This document shows, piece after piece, positions 52,152 through 64,000 of a DNA stretch of 64,000 nucleotides. Location: assembly GCA_964187785.1 (NCBI GenBank), contig OZ076410.1:24924001-24988000 (forward strand), read 5' to 3'. A model generated the notes under the pieces. The model did no database searches. It had not been told where the DNA came from and was given only the letters and a program-made list of their open reading frames with translations. Position numbers and translations under genes: made by a program. Source of the stretch: Amphiscolops sp. MND2022 (taxonomy: Eukaryota). Position 1 is the first letter of the stretch. Each line of letters begins with the position of its first letter.

Positions 52152-53620
52152 TCTGTGTTGCGTTTGGAGCAAACGTAGTTATCAAGAAACCCAGTTCCAC
52201 CAGGCTCTTTCTGCCGTGGTTACTAGTCAAAGAGTAATGCTTGTAACTAGTGGCTGTTATAGATTGGTCTTAGGCCAGAGAGCATCCTGTAGGACGATTA
52301 TGACTCCTCGGGATCGTCAACTCTTAGGAGGTAAAATGTGCCAATTCTGTGTTAGTTTCAGTCCCGGGCCACATCCATGTTGTTAGTTCCTTCAACCTCT
52401 TGTTCCGGCTAAACGATCAGCGCTTATCGTTACATGAGAACTAGTTTTTCGGCGACTACAGAGGGATAGTCTAGGACGACTTTCCTGCATGGCTTTTAAA
52501 GATCTGGCCCACCGGTATTCAGCGCCAAGACAGTTTCGACTCTGCAAAAGAAAGGAGAGACAGAGTTTTGCCTATTTCTTAATAATAGTGTGTATTCTTG
52601 GGAGTTGGAGCGGAATTGATCCAGAAGTACCCGAAACGCGGGTAAGTCTTTTGCAGGTAGTAGCGACAGTAGCTCATCGCTACTGATGTTTAACAGGTTG
52701 TTGTAGATGTTTTCAGCTTTTTGAGCAGTGCTAAGAGTGAACTGGAGTCTTGCAGATCGTTGCTTTCCTCTCGAGGAGACGTCCGAGAGGGGTAGTTTTT
52801 GGTTGACAGGATGTGCAAGTGCTGATGGTGCAAATGGTTCAAACCGGGTGTATCTTGTAGAAAACGCGGGGCGAAGGTGTGCCAGCCTCGAACAGAGGTG
52901 TCGTTCAGATGGTTCATGATTCGCGAAAAGTTTTGAAATTACACCTTCTTTCATAGGAAATCGATTGTGCAGTCAGTAATACTTCTCTTTAAGATGCAAC
53001 GACACCCTATGGAAAGCTTGGGAATGAAGAATAGAGTGATTTGCTACAAAAATTGCAATTTTCGAGTTTTTTTGGTGTTTTTCTTGGTTGGAGCACCAGT
53101 GCTCTGTAATTTCAAAGCAAACTTGTAAAAAGTGGTTGAAAAGTAGCCTCGAACCCTGCGAGAGTAGAGAAAAATAATGGCGACAGTCATTAAGGCGCTT
53201 TAAGGCATAAACATGTTAATTTTATGGTGAATATTGTACAAAAATTGGAAAAAGGGTCAAAACGTCGTTTCTCGAGTAAAACACAACTCTAGGGCGCTAG
53301 TAGTAACCTTCATTGTCAGTTTAATTAACTTTTGCTTGGGACCGTGGACAAGTAAAAATCTTGTACTTTCGGCCGTTTTCGGACATTGTAGAGTGTATTG
53401 AAGAAATCTCTACAGTGCAAATCTTATTCGCTGTTGGGGAACCTGCGCGTTCTCATTTTTTTTCTGTTTGTATGAAGAAAATAACGTGTGAGAGTGAAAA
53501 ATGCATGTGAAAATTCCTTTTCGGTGCTGAGAAAAGTGGAAAAACACACAGAAAACTGTCTTAATTTCAGGGTTCGGTCATCGATTCCATAGACCTACCT
53601 TCAAAGTGGTTGAATATTCC
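52152..53620 (+). repeat. LTR-like direct repeat of about 1.5 kb, copy 2
   Basis: Colinear with 38112-39580 and preceded by purine-rich gccagagagaga. Confidence 0.8.
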
Positions 53621-55529
53621 CCAAGTTCTTTCAGTCCGAATTTGAAATACTGAAGCAAATTCAACAAACCTCTTCTTCCGTTGAACTTTGGAAGAAGCCC
53701 AAAGGTCTGGGTCAAAACCTTCTTGGTTTTCATTTTTTGAAAAACCACAGATGAACTGCAAACGTTTCCTAATTCCCTGACTAGATGCCTAGAGGAAAAG
53801 TTGAACTATTCAATTGTTTGGAAAGAAAAAGTACCTTAGTGATTTCAACCAAAATTAACATTCCTAATCTGAAAACAGATTCCTGCAAGTAGGGTTATGA
53901 AGTAGCCATTCCAAACTGTGTAATTCCACTGCCTTCTGCAAAACAAAGTTTGGAATTATAAGGGCTCTAGTTAAAACAATCCGGGAACAGCAAAAGTTAG
54001 AGCCTACCTTGAGACTCAAACAGGTCACGGTTTTTCCATGTGTTCAAGCACAAACTTCGAGAGAAAACTTCATTCACATCCCAGTGCCAAAAAAAAGAGG
54101 GCATCCTTCAGACACAAAAAGTGCTTTTTGTTCTTTTGTTCTTTCCAAACAGAAAAAAAACCTTTGTGTTTTTTTCACATTGTTGTTCGCAAAAAAACGT
54201 TGCATATGTCGGTTCACCTGATGTGGCCGTTCATGCCAGAGCCAGTGGCATACCCTTCCTCAGGTTGAAGGGAAAGCCGTTGAGTTAAGGATGCAAGTAA
54301 AGCCTTGATTTCTCCTATTTCTCAAGATGTCGCAATGCCGTAATTATGCAAATTAGTGTTTCTACACAAATGGGTATGTTTTGCACAATTTTGCACAATG
54401 GGTATGATTCATGAAATGATGAACGGATCAATGGATATTTGGAATTGTGATGTTTTCCCGATGAAAGTCAACATCGGGATGAATTTGGAATTTGCGATGA
54501 ATCAAGTCATAACAACTTTGTCTTAGAGGCCTTGACATCGTTCCTATTGTTTTCCATCCATTGTCGATTAGGCAAGGTTATGGAGAAAGTTTTCACTGGT
54601 GTGATTAGCAGTTTGTTACAGCTGCTTTGGATTGGTAACAGCGCTTGACCAGGGGCTCGTGTAATATATACATATAACATAGCTCATTGCTTGGGGATAT
54701 GAATTATATAAATATCTTAGGGTTGCTCACAACCATTAGCTCCTATTATATGGCTCAATAATGCCGATAAATAAGAATATATGACATAATATGTACGAAT
54801 AAGAACATATGACATAATATATACACTACAAATATTATATAGTGCTATATAGGCATGACAGCATAGTGCCCAAAAAGCAAACGCTGTAACCCCATGCAAA
54901 GGTTCAAAGGTAGTTTTTAATGCCAAAGACGTTCACTATATCAAAGGGGACTCTTTGGTAAATGCACAAGTTTCAAAGTTGCACAGTGCTGACAGATTTT
55001 TTTAAAGTGGACGGACCCTTTGATCTCGTTGATTTTTCGAAAAAAAAGTTAGCACATGAGGGATTCGAATCCACATGCAGCTGCTTCAAGACGCATGCAC
55101 GAACCGGTAGTCTAAATGGAAAGAACTTTTTCAGGGTGCATATAGCAGTGTTAGGTGGACATTTTTAAAAAAAGGAAAGAGAATCCGGGAAAACTAACAT
55201 TCCGTTTCTTCTGAGAACCAAAATCTGTAAACAAAAGGATATACCTTCTATTTAATGATCACACTGTCGCTTCAATTCAGTCTCACCCCAGCACTCCAAA
55301 TCAAGTCTTTTAAACCAAGTAAAGTCGAGAGACGAATTCAAGGAGGAAGCAAAATTTTTTTATCTACGAGCCCTATATCGAGTCAAGTGACCCCAAAAGC
55401 TGCTTTAGTTAAGTGGTTCCAAGTTCATATAATATTTTTGTGTTGAACGGAATCATTTTTTCAGAAATTAGCTACATGTTTTACAATTGGCATGGCCTTT
55501 CCATGGTTTTTACAATTGGCAGTTTTCCT

Positions 55530-58500
55530 TTAAACTTCGCAATCATGAGTGTTTGTTTTCTTCGTATTGTTATTACTGTTAGTACTGTTGTTCAAACTCT
55601 GCTGTCGTTCTTGTCGTGAAAAACATTTGCTCAAGCGGGAAGAGAGCGTTTTGATTGGTCCAAATTCGCCGAGGGCTTCTTTGAATGGCTGGAATTGGAA
55701 TGTATACACGAAGGGGTTGACGATGCTGTTGAGAAAGAAAAACATATACACGATACGCATGAACAGTTCGCTCAGAAATGGAAACTTGGAGTACAGATCT
55801 GCCTCGTTGTCAAATGCCCATATGTGTATTTGGATCTGAAACAGCAAATATCTCGTCAGGGTCGATGTTTCAAAACGTGTTCAGACAAAAGCGCCCCAGC
55901 CAAAAGCGCCTTTTTTACACAGTCATAACCGCCCCAATAAAATGCGCCTCGCTATTTTTTGAGCTGATTTCATTGCCTCTAACTAACTCTAATTGAAGGT
56001 GTTCAAACAATATAATAGTTCACTAGTAATGCCATGTTTAACATTTTCACACCTAACAAATTCTAATTGAAATCGGCTTTGTTAATTTTGGCATTTCTGT
56101 CACCAAAATATTTTTTTCTGAATTAGGGAGAAAATCAGGCAAGACGCGGTTTTAGATTGGAAAACTCATTTTTTAAATTGGCGCGAGAAACTTAAAGTCG
56201 GTGGCGAAAAGAGCCATCAAACTCCATGATTGGGCACTTATGACTGGGGCGCTTCTGACTTCGTATTTTTGGCGCTTCTGTCTGATAATTGTTTCAAAAA
56301 TCAATATTGTTTTGAATGCATGCCTCGTAAAGTCTCTTCAAAAATAAATCATCAAAGTTGAAGGCAAAAATAGCATTTTATACACTTTGTACTGCTTTTG
56401 TCATTGTAGGATTTTTGACTTTTGACCATGTTATGATGTATATTTAAATTTTGTACCTTCAGCAAAATAGATTATTCGGATGTGATATCTGTGAAAGTAA
56501 AGATAACGGTAAGTACTTCAAGTACCTCGCCCTATTGTTTAATTTCAATAATAATGTCATTTATCCCGTTGACAACCAAAAGAAGCACTCCAAGCTGATT
56601 TGAAGCGACAGCGCAACGTATTATTGCTATACGGCCGCCGCCGCCACCACCTGAAACTATGTGTGAAAATGTTAATCGGAAAGAAACTTTGACACCGAAT
56701 TTCTCGACAACTATTGCGAATATAAGAATAATTAAAACGTATAAATATTCCTATTTGACCTCACTACGCGTTGAGTAAACTTTATTGAACTTTTGAGAAA
56801 CGACTTCCTACGAATATAGACTTAGAAGTCACTTGGAACTATGAACTGAATTTCCCTCAAACTACTTGTAACGATCCCTGTTAGGGTCGTTGTTCTGTAC
56901 ATTTCTGATTATTTTTGTTGCGTTTTTGAAGGACATTCTTCTTTTCTAGCTTCTCTTGATGAAAAGATTTTCGGATTTATCAATTTTGAATTGAAATTTG
57001 CAGAGTAATTGTTTTAACAAAGTAGAATTTGATACAAGACAGCAGATTGAATCAGAAATTGAATTGAATAAGTTTACAGGTACAAGCTATATGTACCCTC
57101 CTAGCATCATCTGTTCATACTCGCGTACTTTAATTTCCATCGAGATATTAGTCACTTCCTGTAATTTTGCGGCAAAACTTTGATCTTCGTCAGCATTTCG
57201 TCAATTTTTAAGACACGGCAATTCTAATCTAGTATTAGACATCAATCATGATCATATCATTTCATTCCGACGTCCTTTTGTTTCCTCCCAAGCAGGAAGT
57301 AGATATTACTTCAGTCTGTCAAACCGGAAATACTTCCCCGTTTTTCTGCTTTGGTTCGTAGGAAACCGACGCGGAGATGACGCTGACGTGAACAACTAAT
57401 ACCTGATTTTGAATTTCCACTTGAAGAAAATTATGACTAATTATCTTGATTTAGGCAATTTGGTGATGCTAAGAGAGTGACTGATTTACATGATGCTAAA
57501 TAATTATATATTTCAACATTTGATATATATTTATCTGAATAAAGTTAGGAACAACATCTTTGAGCAACAATAAAAGACGACGTGACATCGTCAAACAGCA
57601 TATGAACTTATGAAATTAGGTAGTCAAAACGTACATTCAAAATCCAGCTTGGACTTCACTTTATTAGCACAAATTGAATATAAACTGTGACTTTTCAATG
57701 TAAATCGTATTAAAACACTGTTATTTTAAGTAAATCTGAAAAATCCTGGCTTAAATACCATATTCCGTTCGAATTGAATCTTAGTCGACGCGATACTGAC
57801 GTAGACTCAAAATTTGGTTTGGTTAGTTAAATTGCGACGTAGTGTTGACGTTGATTCATATTCTAGCTTCGATTAGTTTTACCGTAGTAAAATAAAGCTT
57901 CTTTCAAGTTTAATACAGACTAAAACGCCTAATTTTATAAATTTGGGACGTAGAGTGGACGTAAATTTGGTATTACACTTAGTCCGCCATTATAGTGGAC
58001 GTAGCGTGGACGTAAATGTGGTGTTTTGGATGGATTAAAACAGCTATTTTGATGGATTTGCGACGTAACGTGGATGTACGTATTAGTATTAGAGTTAGTC
58101 CGCCGATATAGTGGACGTAAATTTGGAATGAAAATTAGCTAGCTGCCATAGCTGTGACGTCATATCGTCGTTTGATTTGGAATACTTTCTAGCTAGTTGC
58201 CAAGTTAAACGAGATGCTGACGTCACATTTTGGAATGAAATTCTAGCTAGCTGCCATAGCTGTGACGTAGCGTAGTCGCGACGCAAATTCAATCGTATTG
58301 GCGAAGCGGTGACCTATATTAGTTTTAGTTTGCTTTTAATTCAATTCAGTCCGGGCGCGGACTGTGACACTACTATGTTGATACATGTGTTTGAGAGTGA
58401 AAACTTCACAGCTTGCAGCTCACTAAAGCGTGTCAGAGAGCAAAAGCAATGAAATTAAGAACGCGCTGTGAGTGGCTGTACGCATGGCTAATAAGCAAAC

Positions 58501-61500
58501 GGCCGCCGCACGCTTTGGAATTAACCCCTCTCCCAATTCAGAGTAAAAATCAAAACCCGATTTCTCTAAAACGAAAGAAGATATCAACAAACGGTGTGTT
58601 TTTAGTTTTGGATAGACCGTCCAAAAGGGAGATTTGCTTGAAAATATGAGCCCCGTGCGATAATGAGAACTTGAGCAGGGGAGGCTTCAAAAATAAGTGC
58701 ATGTAAAATTTTGACGAATTTCCTGAAATGACTTTCTTTAAACTTTTTGTGTAATCGCTACAATTGTCAAAAAAGGTTCGGATATGGCTTAAATTAAAGA
58801 AAACTGAATTGTCTAACTTGTGTTAAATGGAGGAAAAATAATACTTCACGTAGAAGCGCACAATAGCCGCCCCCTTTGCAGCGTACTTGACAATTGAAGT
58901 GGATGAGTGAATGAAATAATGAAAAGAGCACTGCGGCGTGCCAGCGAGAGACCCTATAAGTTTGAAGTTATGTTTTCATTTTGCAAATAGGAAGTTCAAC
59001 CTACCAAAATGCTGATCCCCCGCACGTTTTGGGCCATACTGAGCTCAAAGTTTCAGGGTAGACGCACAAGTGTCTGGCGCACAGCGTTTAGCAGGAACGT
59101 TTTTCCGAAAAATGAACTGGTTTTGAGATATTGACCTCTGAAGTTGAAGGTCAGGTCACCAAAAATTGAAAAAATGACTGTTTCCAGAAAAAATGCTACC
59201 AAACTTTGTTGAGAAAATATAAAGATTTCATCTAACGTGCGAACTACTCCTAATGGCTTGGACTAGCGATATATATAAGTCCCCTCCAAAGTTGAGAGTT
59301 TTGCAATTACCGATACCTGATTTCTAACTACTTTAATTTAAGGAGGTTTTTCACCGTGAAGGAGTCGCAATATAAAGACAACGATAGAGAACGTTTTTGT
59401 AGCCCTTTGAATGCCTTTTCAGACGGTGTACTAATGTGTCTGTCGAAAATCGGCCTATTAGGTTGTAAATAAAATCAAATTGCCTTTTAGATCATTGTAA
59501 GTTGTTGGGAATTATTTTCTTCAGCAATATTTCGCTCAAGAGAGTTGTCAGGAGTCGTGTGAGAAAAATAGGAATTGACAAAAAAAGTGAACCTCAATCA
59601 TATACCTGAAGTTAAAGTCGTGTTTCCAAAAGTGAGAAAAATTGAGTCAGTGATACCTGCCTCAAATCTGATTGAAAGCGAAGTAAAACCACTAGTCATC
59701 ATTAACAGAAAAGTAAAACCAGGCCCGACTACTGATGAGAAAACGTTCTTTTGATGAACTTTTAGAACCGAAGTAGGAAAATCTGTATTACTCAACACTT
59801 AGTCAGGCGCCAAAAAAGAATGATGACGAAATACGAATACTTGAATGACTAAACTGCCAAAAAAGTAACATAGGCCGAAGAACGCCCATACGGAAACACA
59901 AAATGAGTTCAACTAAGAAGACGGTTTCCAACTTTACGGATTTTTTATATTCCGCATCAGGCATCGGACTAACAAAATTGCAGAAGTATTTAGCCTAACA
60001 ACTTGAAGCAGCCAGAGTTGTTGCTACTACGCCATACCCTAGTACGAATTTTGACCCGGCAGCAGGGTGGTCTGTTGGCGTATCGTCTCTACATGTACTA
60101 CGGGTTCAGTGGCCCTCGAATTCACTGATTGGTTTAACTCCAAGACCCATAGAGAAGAATTGCGGCGAGTTGCTTTAGTAGATATCTTGCAGATATCACA
60201 CCCTATCCTCACACCAAATCAACACTTTGCTGAAACCCTTGCTTGATGATTGTTGTGTTAGATGCCTTCTAGTATTAGCCGTAACATTCATCGTATTTAT
60301 CGATGTTATCTCATAGTACATTCTTTTATTCGTGATTGTGAAATTGTGTTTGTATCTCTATGTCGTCTTGTTCTTATTGTGTATTATTTGATGTTAAAAC
60401 TGCTTCTTTCCTTCTGGAAAGGGTACCTCAAAACAGTCCAAGAGTGGCGAGACAACCCCAGGGAAAAGAGTGAGATTTCAAAGATAGCTAAAGAGCGTGA
60501 CTTCCTTGTCACACTTACTCTCACCGTCTTCGATTGTTTTTATTCTTCTTTGCCGCCGTCGAAGTTAATAAAAAGTTATGTGGATACTCAGCCAGTTCTT
60601 GTCTCGTGCATGGTACCTACGGGTTTAATTGAGTTGTGGTGGAGCTATTCGCAACTGATAGTTAATGCTACTGAAAATCAAAAATCTTACAGTCATATTG
60701 AAACCCTTTTTTGGATTTCTTGCTACACTATTATCGAATAAGATTAGTAAAGTCTGTTGAGCACTTTTCTCGTGAAACAAACGTTAGATGTTAATGTTTT
60801 ATAGACGGAAAGGCACACAGTTAATTGGCCGAATGTTGACCTTTCATTCATTGTTTACAATTTTTTTTGAAAAATGAAACAATTTCGCAAAAAACGGCCC
60901 GAATCAGTTCCATTAGCGGAAAAATATTTTTGATTGCGATCACTTTGAAAATGAAAAAAGAAACTAAATGTGAGACATTTGTAAGGCATATGCAAAGCTG
61001 TTTCAAAATGCAAAATGAATCTAATAGTTGCAAAAAGAAAATTGAATTTCTAGAGAACGTTAGCGAAGAAACAGTCGAAAAATCAAAAAACTTAGGGAAT
61101 TTCTAGTTTTTTTCCTTAACTTTTTTCGACATTCATTTGAGTACAAACATCTCCTACTTGCAGTGGCAGGAGACAAATAGCAAAAAGCAGCACGACAATC
61201 ATGACAAGTTTGGTGGTCCTTTCGTTTCTCTTGCGAACCGCCAAAGCTTGTGGGTTCTGAAGCTCAGTATTATTATGACATTCATCATGTTTAGCCGTAT
61301 CTGGCTGTTTGTCACAGCTGGCATCTGCACAGTTGGCTTTATTTGGCTGTTCAGAATGTTTGTGAGGATCTCCGAATCTGGCCACTTCCCTCTGTCGAAG
61401 CACGGCCACTATGCGGTAGTAAATAACCACAATAACCGTCAAGGGAAAGATGTACGTCACTATGGCAGTGAAGCCGGCAAATACGCGCAGAACTGAAACA

Positions 61501-61908
61501 CGATAAAAATGAGATCAAGCCTTGAACGACCAAAGGCGCGCCCGCTTAAAGCTCAGCAAACTTTGAGCCTTTCAAATTTTGAGAAGCCTAAAAGATTGTT
61601 GTTTTAGCGAATAGTTTTTGATCCTTTGGTAAGAAGTTCCCGTCAAAAATAATTCACTAGACAGAGTAACGAGGTGAATCATAATTTGCAACATGAAGTC
61701 GTCATCATTATGACGTCATGATACTCACTAAGGGTGCGAGAGATGTGAAGAACGTCCTGCATGGCCTCCCACTCAATGTAACACATGTGGCTGTGGGTCT
61801 GCATGGTGCCCATGTAGAACTGGGGCAGGGAGAATAACAGAGACACTCCCCAGATAATTATGAGAGCAATCAGAGTGTTCTTCGAGGTCCTGAAACGTTT
61901 GAACTGAC
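55530..61908 (-). CDS. Class A (rhodopsin-like) GPCR, neuropeptide-receptor-like; 3' exons only (TM4-TM7)
   Basis: Phase-consistent exons 61908-61729, 61492-61158 and 55835-55530. TM4 IALIIIWGVSLLFSLPQ, ECL2 CYIEW, TM5 TYIFPLTVIVVIYYRI, TM6 KLVMIVVLLFAICLLP, TM7 FLNSIVNPFVY (NPxxY). TM1-3 exons were not found in the window. Confidence 0.92.
55881..56285. mobile_element. Putative MITE of about 405 bp in the last GPCR intron
   Basis: Inverted ends tcagacaaaagcgcc / ggcgcttctgtctga with internal gcgcc repeats; target duplication unclear. Confidence 0.5.
57940..58275. repeat. Degenerate intronic tandem repeats (gacgta-rich and ctagctagctgccatagctgtgacgt units)
   Basis: gtggacgtaaatttgg recurs, and the tagctagctgccatagctgtgacgt unit occurs at about 58136 and 58246 with a variant between. 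Confidence 0.7.
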
Positions 61909-64000
61909 CTTGTATCACAGGAAAGCAGTAAGGTAATACTGCCAAAATTTAAGGACTTATCTGGGTTTTGTAACCACTAGAATAAAGGATATGTTTGCGA
62001 GTGAGTCATTTTGAGTAAAATAGTTGCATATTTGGAAACTATTGCGAAACAAAAGACTGCAGTTTTTGGAGTTCACAAAGACTCAAAGTGGAAAAAATTT
62101 ACAAAAATTTAGTATTTTTGTTTGAAACGTTTTTTGTTGATCTTCCAACTCTCCGAACTGTTCTCTTCGGTTAATTCACCTCTGAACCGAATATACCATA
62201 GCCGCTCTGTTACTGATAGAAATCATTGTTGATACATCAAATCATGGATGTACAAAATGATTCGTATGTACCAATGTTCGTATTCGGTGCAGGTGATTTC
62301 ATACAAATGCGTTTTCAACGTTACTAGTAAGTTGTAGTCATACATTTCTGTCAATCTTAATTACTGTTTCACTCCGTTTTCAACTCACTTCAACTATCAC
62401 AACTCTAACTCGGTTCTGTGATTGGCATGAGCTTACTTTGCGAAGTTCTGTTTTCTCTAGCGACACAGGACCAATTTTCAGCACAAGAGACAAAACGAAA
62501 ATTTCCTTATGAGTCTTTTGACTGAAAAAGGCACGTGAACACAAAGTTCCAAAAGGTCTTTTTTTCTGAGACTCCTTAAAGTGCAAAAAACGTTGCTCCG
62601 GTTTCGGGGACAAAATAACGTTTATCATTTGATAGCTCATTAGAAGGGCTAAAAATCCCTGAAGTTAGCTATTTGAATATTCCACTCCTTCATATTGGAA
62701 AATGCCAATCATGGAGGGGTGATCAACTTTCCTGTCGAAACTTCGTTTGTACGAGCAATTAAAGGTATTTTGCACGTACAAGGATGTACGTCTGTTTTCA
62801 AAATGATTGGAGACTTTTTGTCGAAAGTAGTGAGTTTTTTATTTTCTTACTTCTCCAAAGTTGAGGGTCAAAATCTCAGCACTAGGTAACTTTTCGAAAA
62901 GAAAAACCCTGAGCACTTCTGTAGCTATCACATTTGGGCATCTGCCCAGCAAATTTCAAGCTCATATCGCCCAAATCGTGGGGGGTAGCTGTTGTCGTAG
63001 CTCAATTTTGCAAAAAAATTCTAGAATTGCAAACCTAAATTCTTTGCTATTTTGAGTGCGCGACGACATTTGAATTATTACGTTTTCATTTCAGCATCGA
63101 TGTAGTAACTGCGCCGCTATAGCCGTATACGGCTATAGCGGATGTGGCCTTATTCGTTTAGCAATATGCCATAACATGCGAAAACAGTGTTATTTTGGCG
63201 GTTTCGGGCCGTTTTTAACGATTATTAAAATTGTTCTTGAAACTACTGAACTTTTGTAAATTTGGTTTATACAGGCTAGGAAAGTTAATTATCTTCACTT
63301 TCACTCCTATACCATCTTTTTCCATCTGTTGTAGCACTTACACAAAATATCATTTCGATGGTAAAATTTATACAATGAAATGAAATTATTAAAAAAATTG
63401 CAGTTAAAAACTTCGGAGTAAAAGGTCCAATCTTATTTTTCAAAGACTTCGCTCTTCCTGAAAAATCCGAAATTCACAACTTGACCTATCCTTTGCGCAG
63501 GCGTGCGAATTATGAAAGCTGCTGGTTTTCTTCCTCCATATCCAAGATTTTCACAACTTATTCGCCGGTTTGCAGTAAAAGGAGGTGAACCATTACCTTT
63601 ACGCTCAGACATTCACAGCACGCTCTCAATGGTGTTCCATTCGCCCCGGATCACGCTTTAGCGAATTCATTCTATGCTCACTTCCAACACTAAATTGAGC
63701 TTCACTAGTGCTTACCCTCTAACATGTGTAATACCATAGCTAATTGCTTCAACTACTGATCAAAGCCAAATGGTAATTCTTGATTTTTTTCTCGTAATTG
63801 ACGATCTTTAAACTTCAAAACGGCACATTCACCCGTAGTCAAGAGGCGGTTGATCGTATGAATTACTCACGTGGTAGATTCTAAAAAGATCCTTCTAATT
63901 CGGATGTTGCAATTGTAAATGAATATTGGCCGAGTTCCAAATAGTGGTTCCGTTTAGAACAGTTAATGGTCCATGTCATCTATTTTCCCCCAGGTACACC

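Noticed and set aside
59600-59900. Possible Merlin/IS1595-like transposase remnant (VKPGPTTDE)
   Set aside because: Only a few residues of similarity amid many stops; not supportable.
60262-60741. 159-aa intronic ORF, possibly a retroelement RT fragment
   Set aside because: No convincing motif; AT-rich composition can give such an ORF.
62160-62330. Candidate GPCR TM3 exon (VSTMISISNR)
   Set aside because: In-frame stop just upstream and no DRY-like motif; the 5' exons probably lie beyond the window.

Overview
Repeat-rich eukaryotic (animal) genomic DNA with spliceosomal introns and a 200-N gap at 10323-10522; no rRNA, tRNA or CRISPR array was found. The Gypsy proteins resemble ones I recall from acoel assemblies, but that host assignment is only an inference. 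(1) 1-9.6 kb holds the most interesting module. An uninterrupted ORF looks like the C-terminal half of a RAG1/Transib-like transposase fused to a BRCT-like domain. It lies tail-to-tail with an apparently intact 10-exon, about 661-aa gene that I assembled by hand, encoding two zinc fingers plus a KDM2/KDM7-type JmjC domain with its catalytic residues retained. That gene is bracketed by inverted arrays of a 218-bp palindrome-rich unit, and a third, disrupted spliced gene follows. (2) 12-16 kb: a hAT transposase remnant and MITEs. (3) 16055-22941: a full-length but frameshifted BEL/Pao LTR retrotransposon with 114-bp LTRs and an ATGTC target-site duplication. (4) 23.7-34.4 kb: a Gypsy remnant whose 3' region carries an antisense, intron-containing, probably hAT-derived gene with a 3.18-kb internal tandem duplication. 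(5) 38-53.6 kb: a second, decayed Gypsy element with an extra 3' ORF (possibly SGNH-like), flanked by about 1.5-kb direct repeats. (6) 55.5-61.9 kb: three 3' exons (TM4-TM7) of a class A GPCR on the minus strand. All domain calls come from motif recognition by eye; no database search was run.
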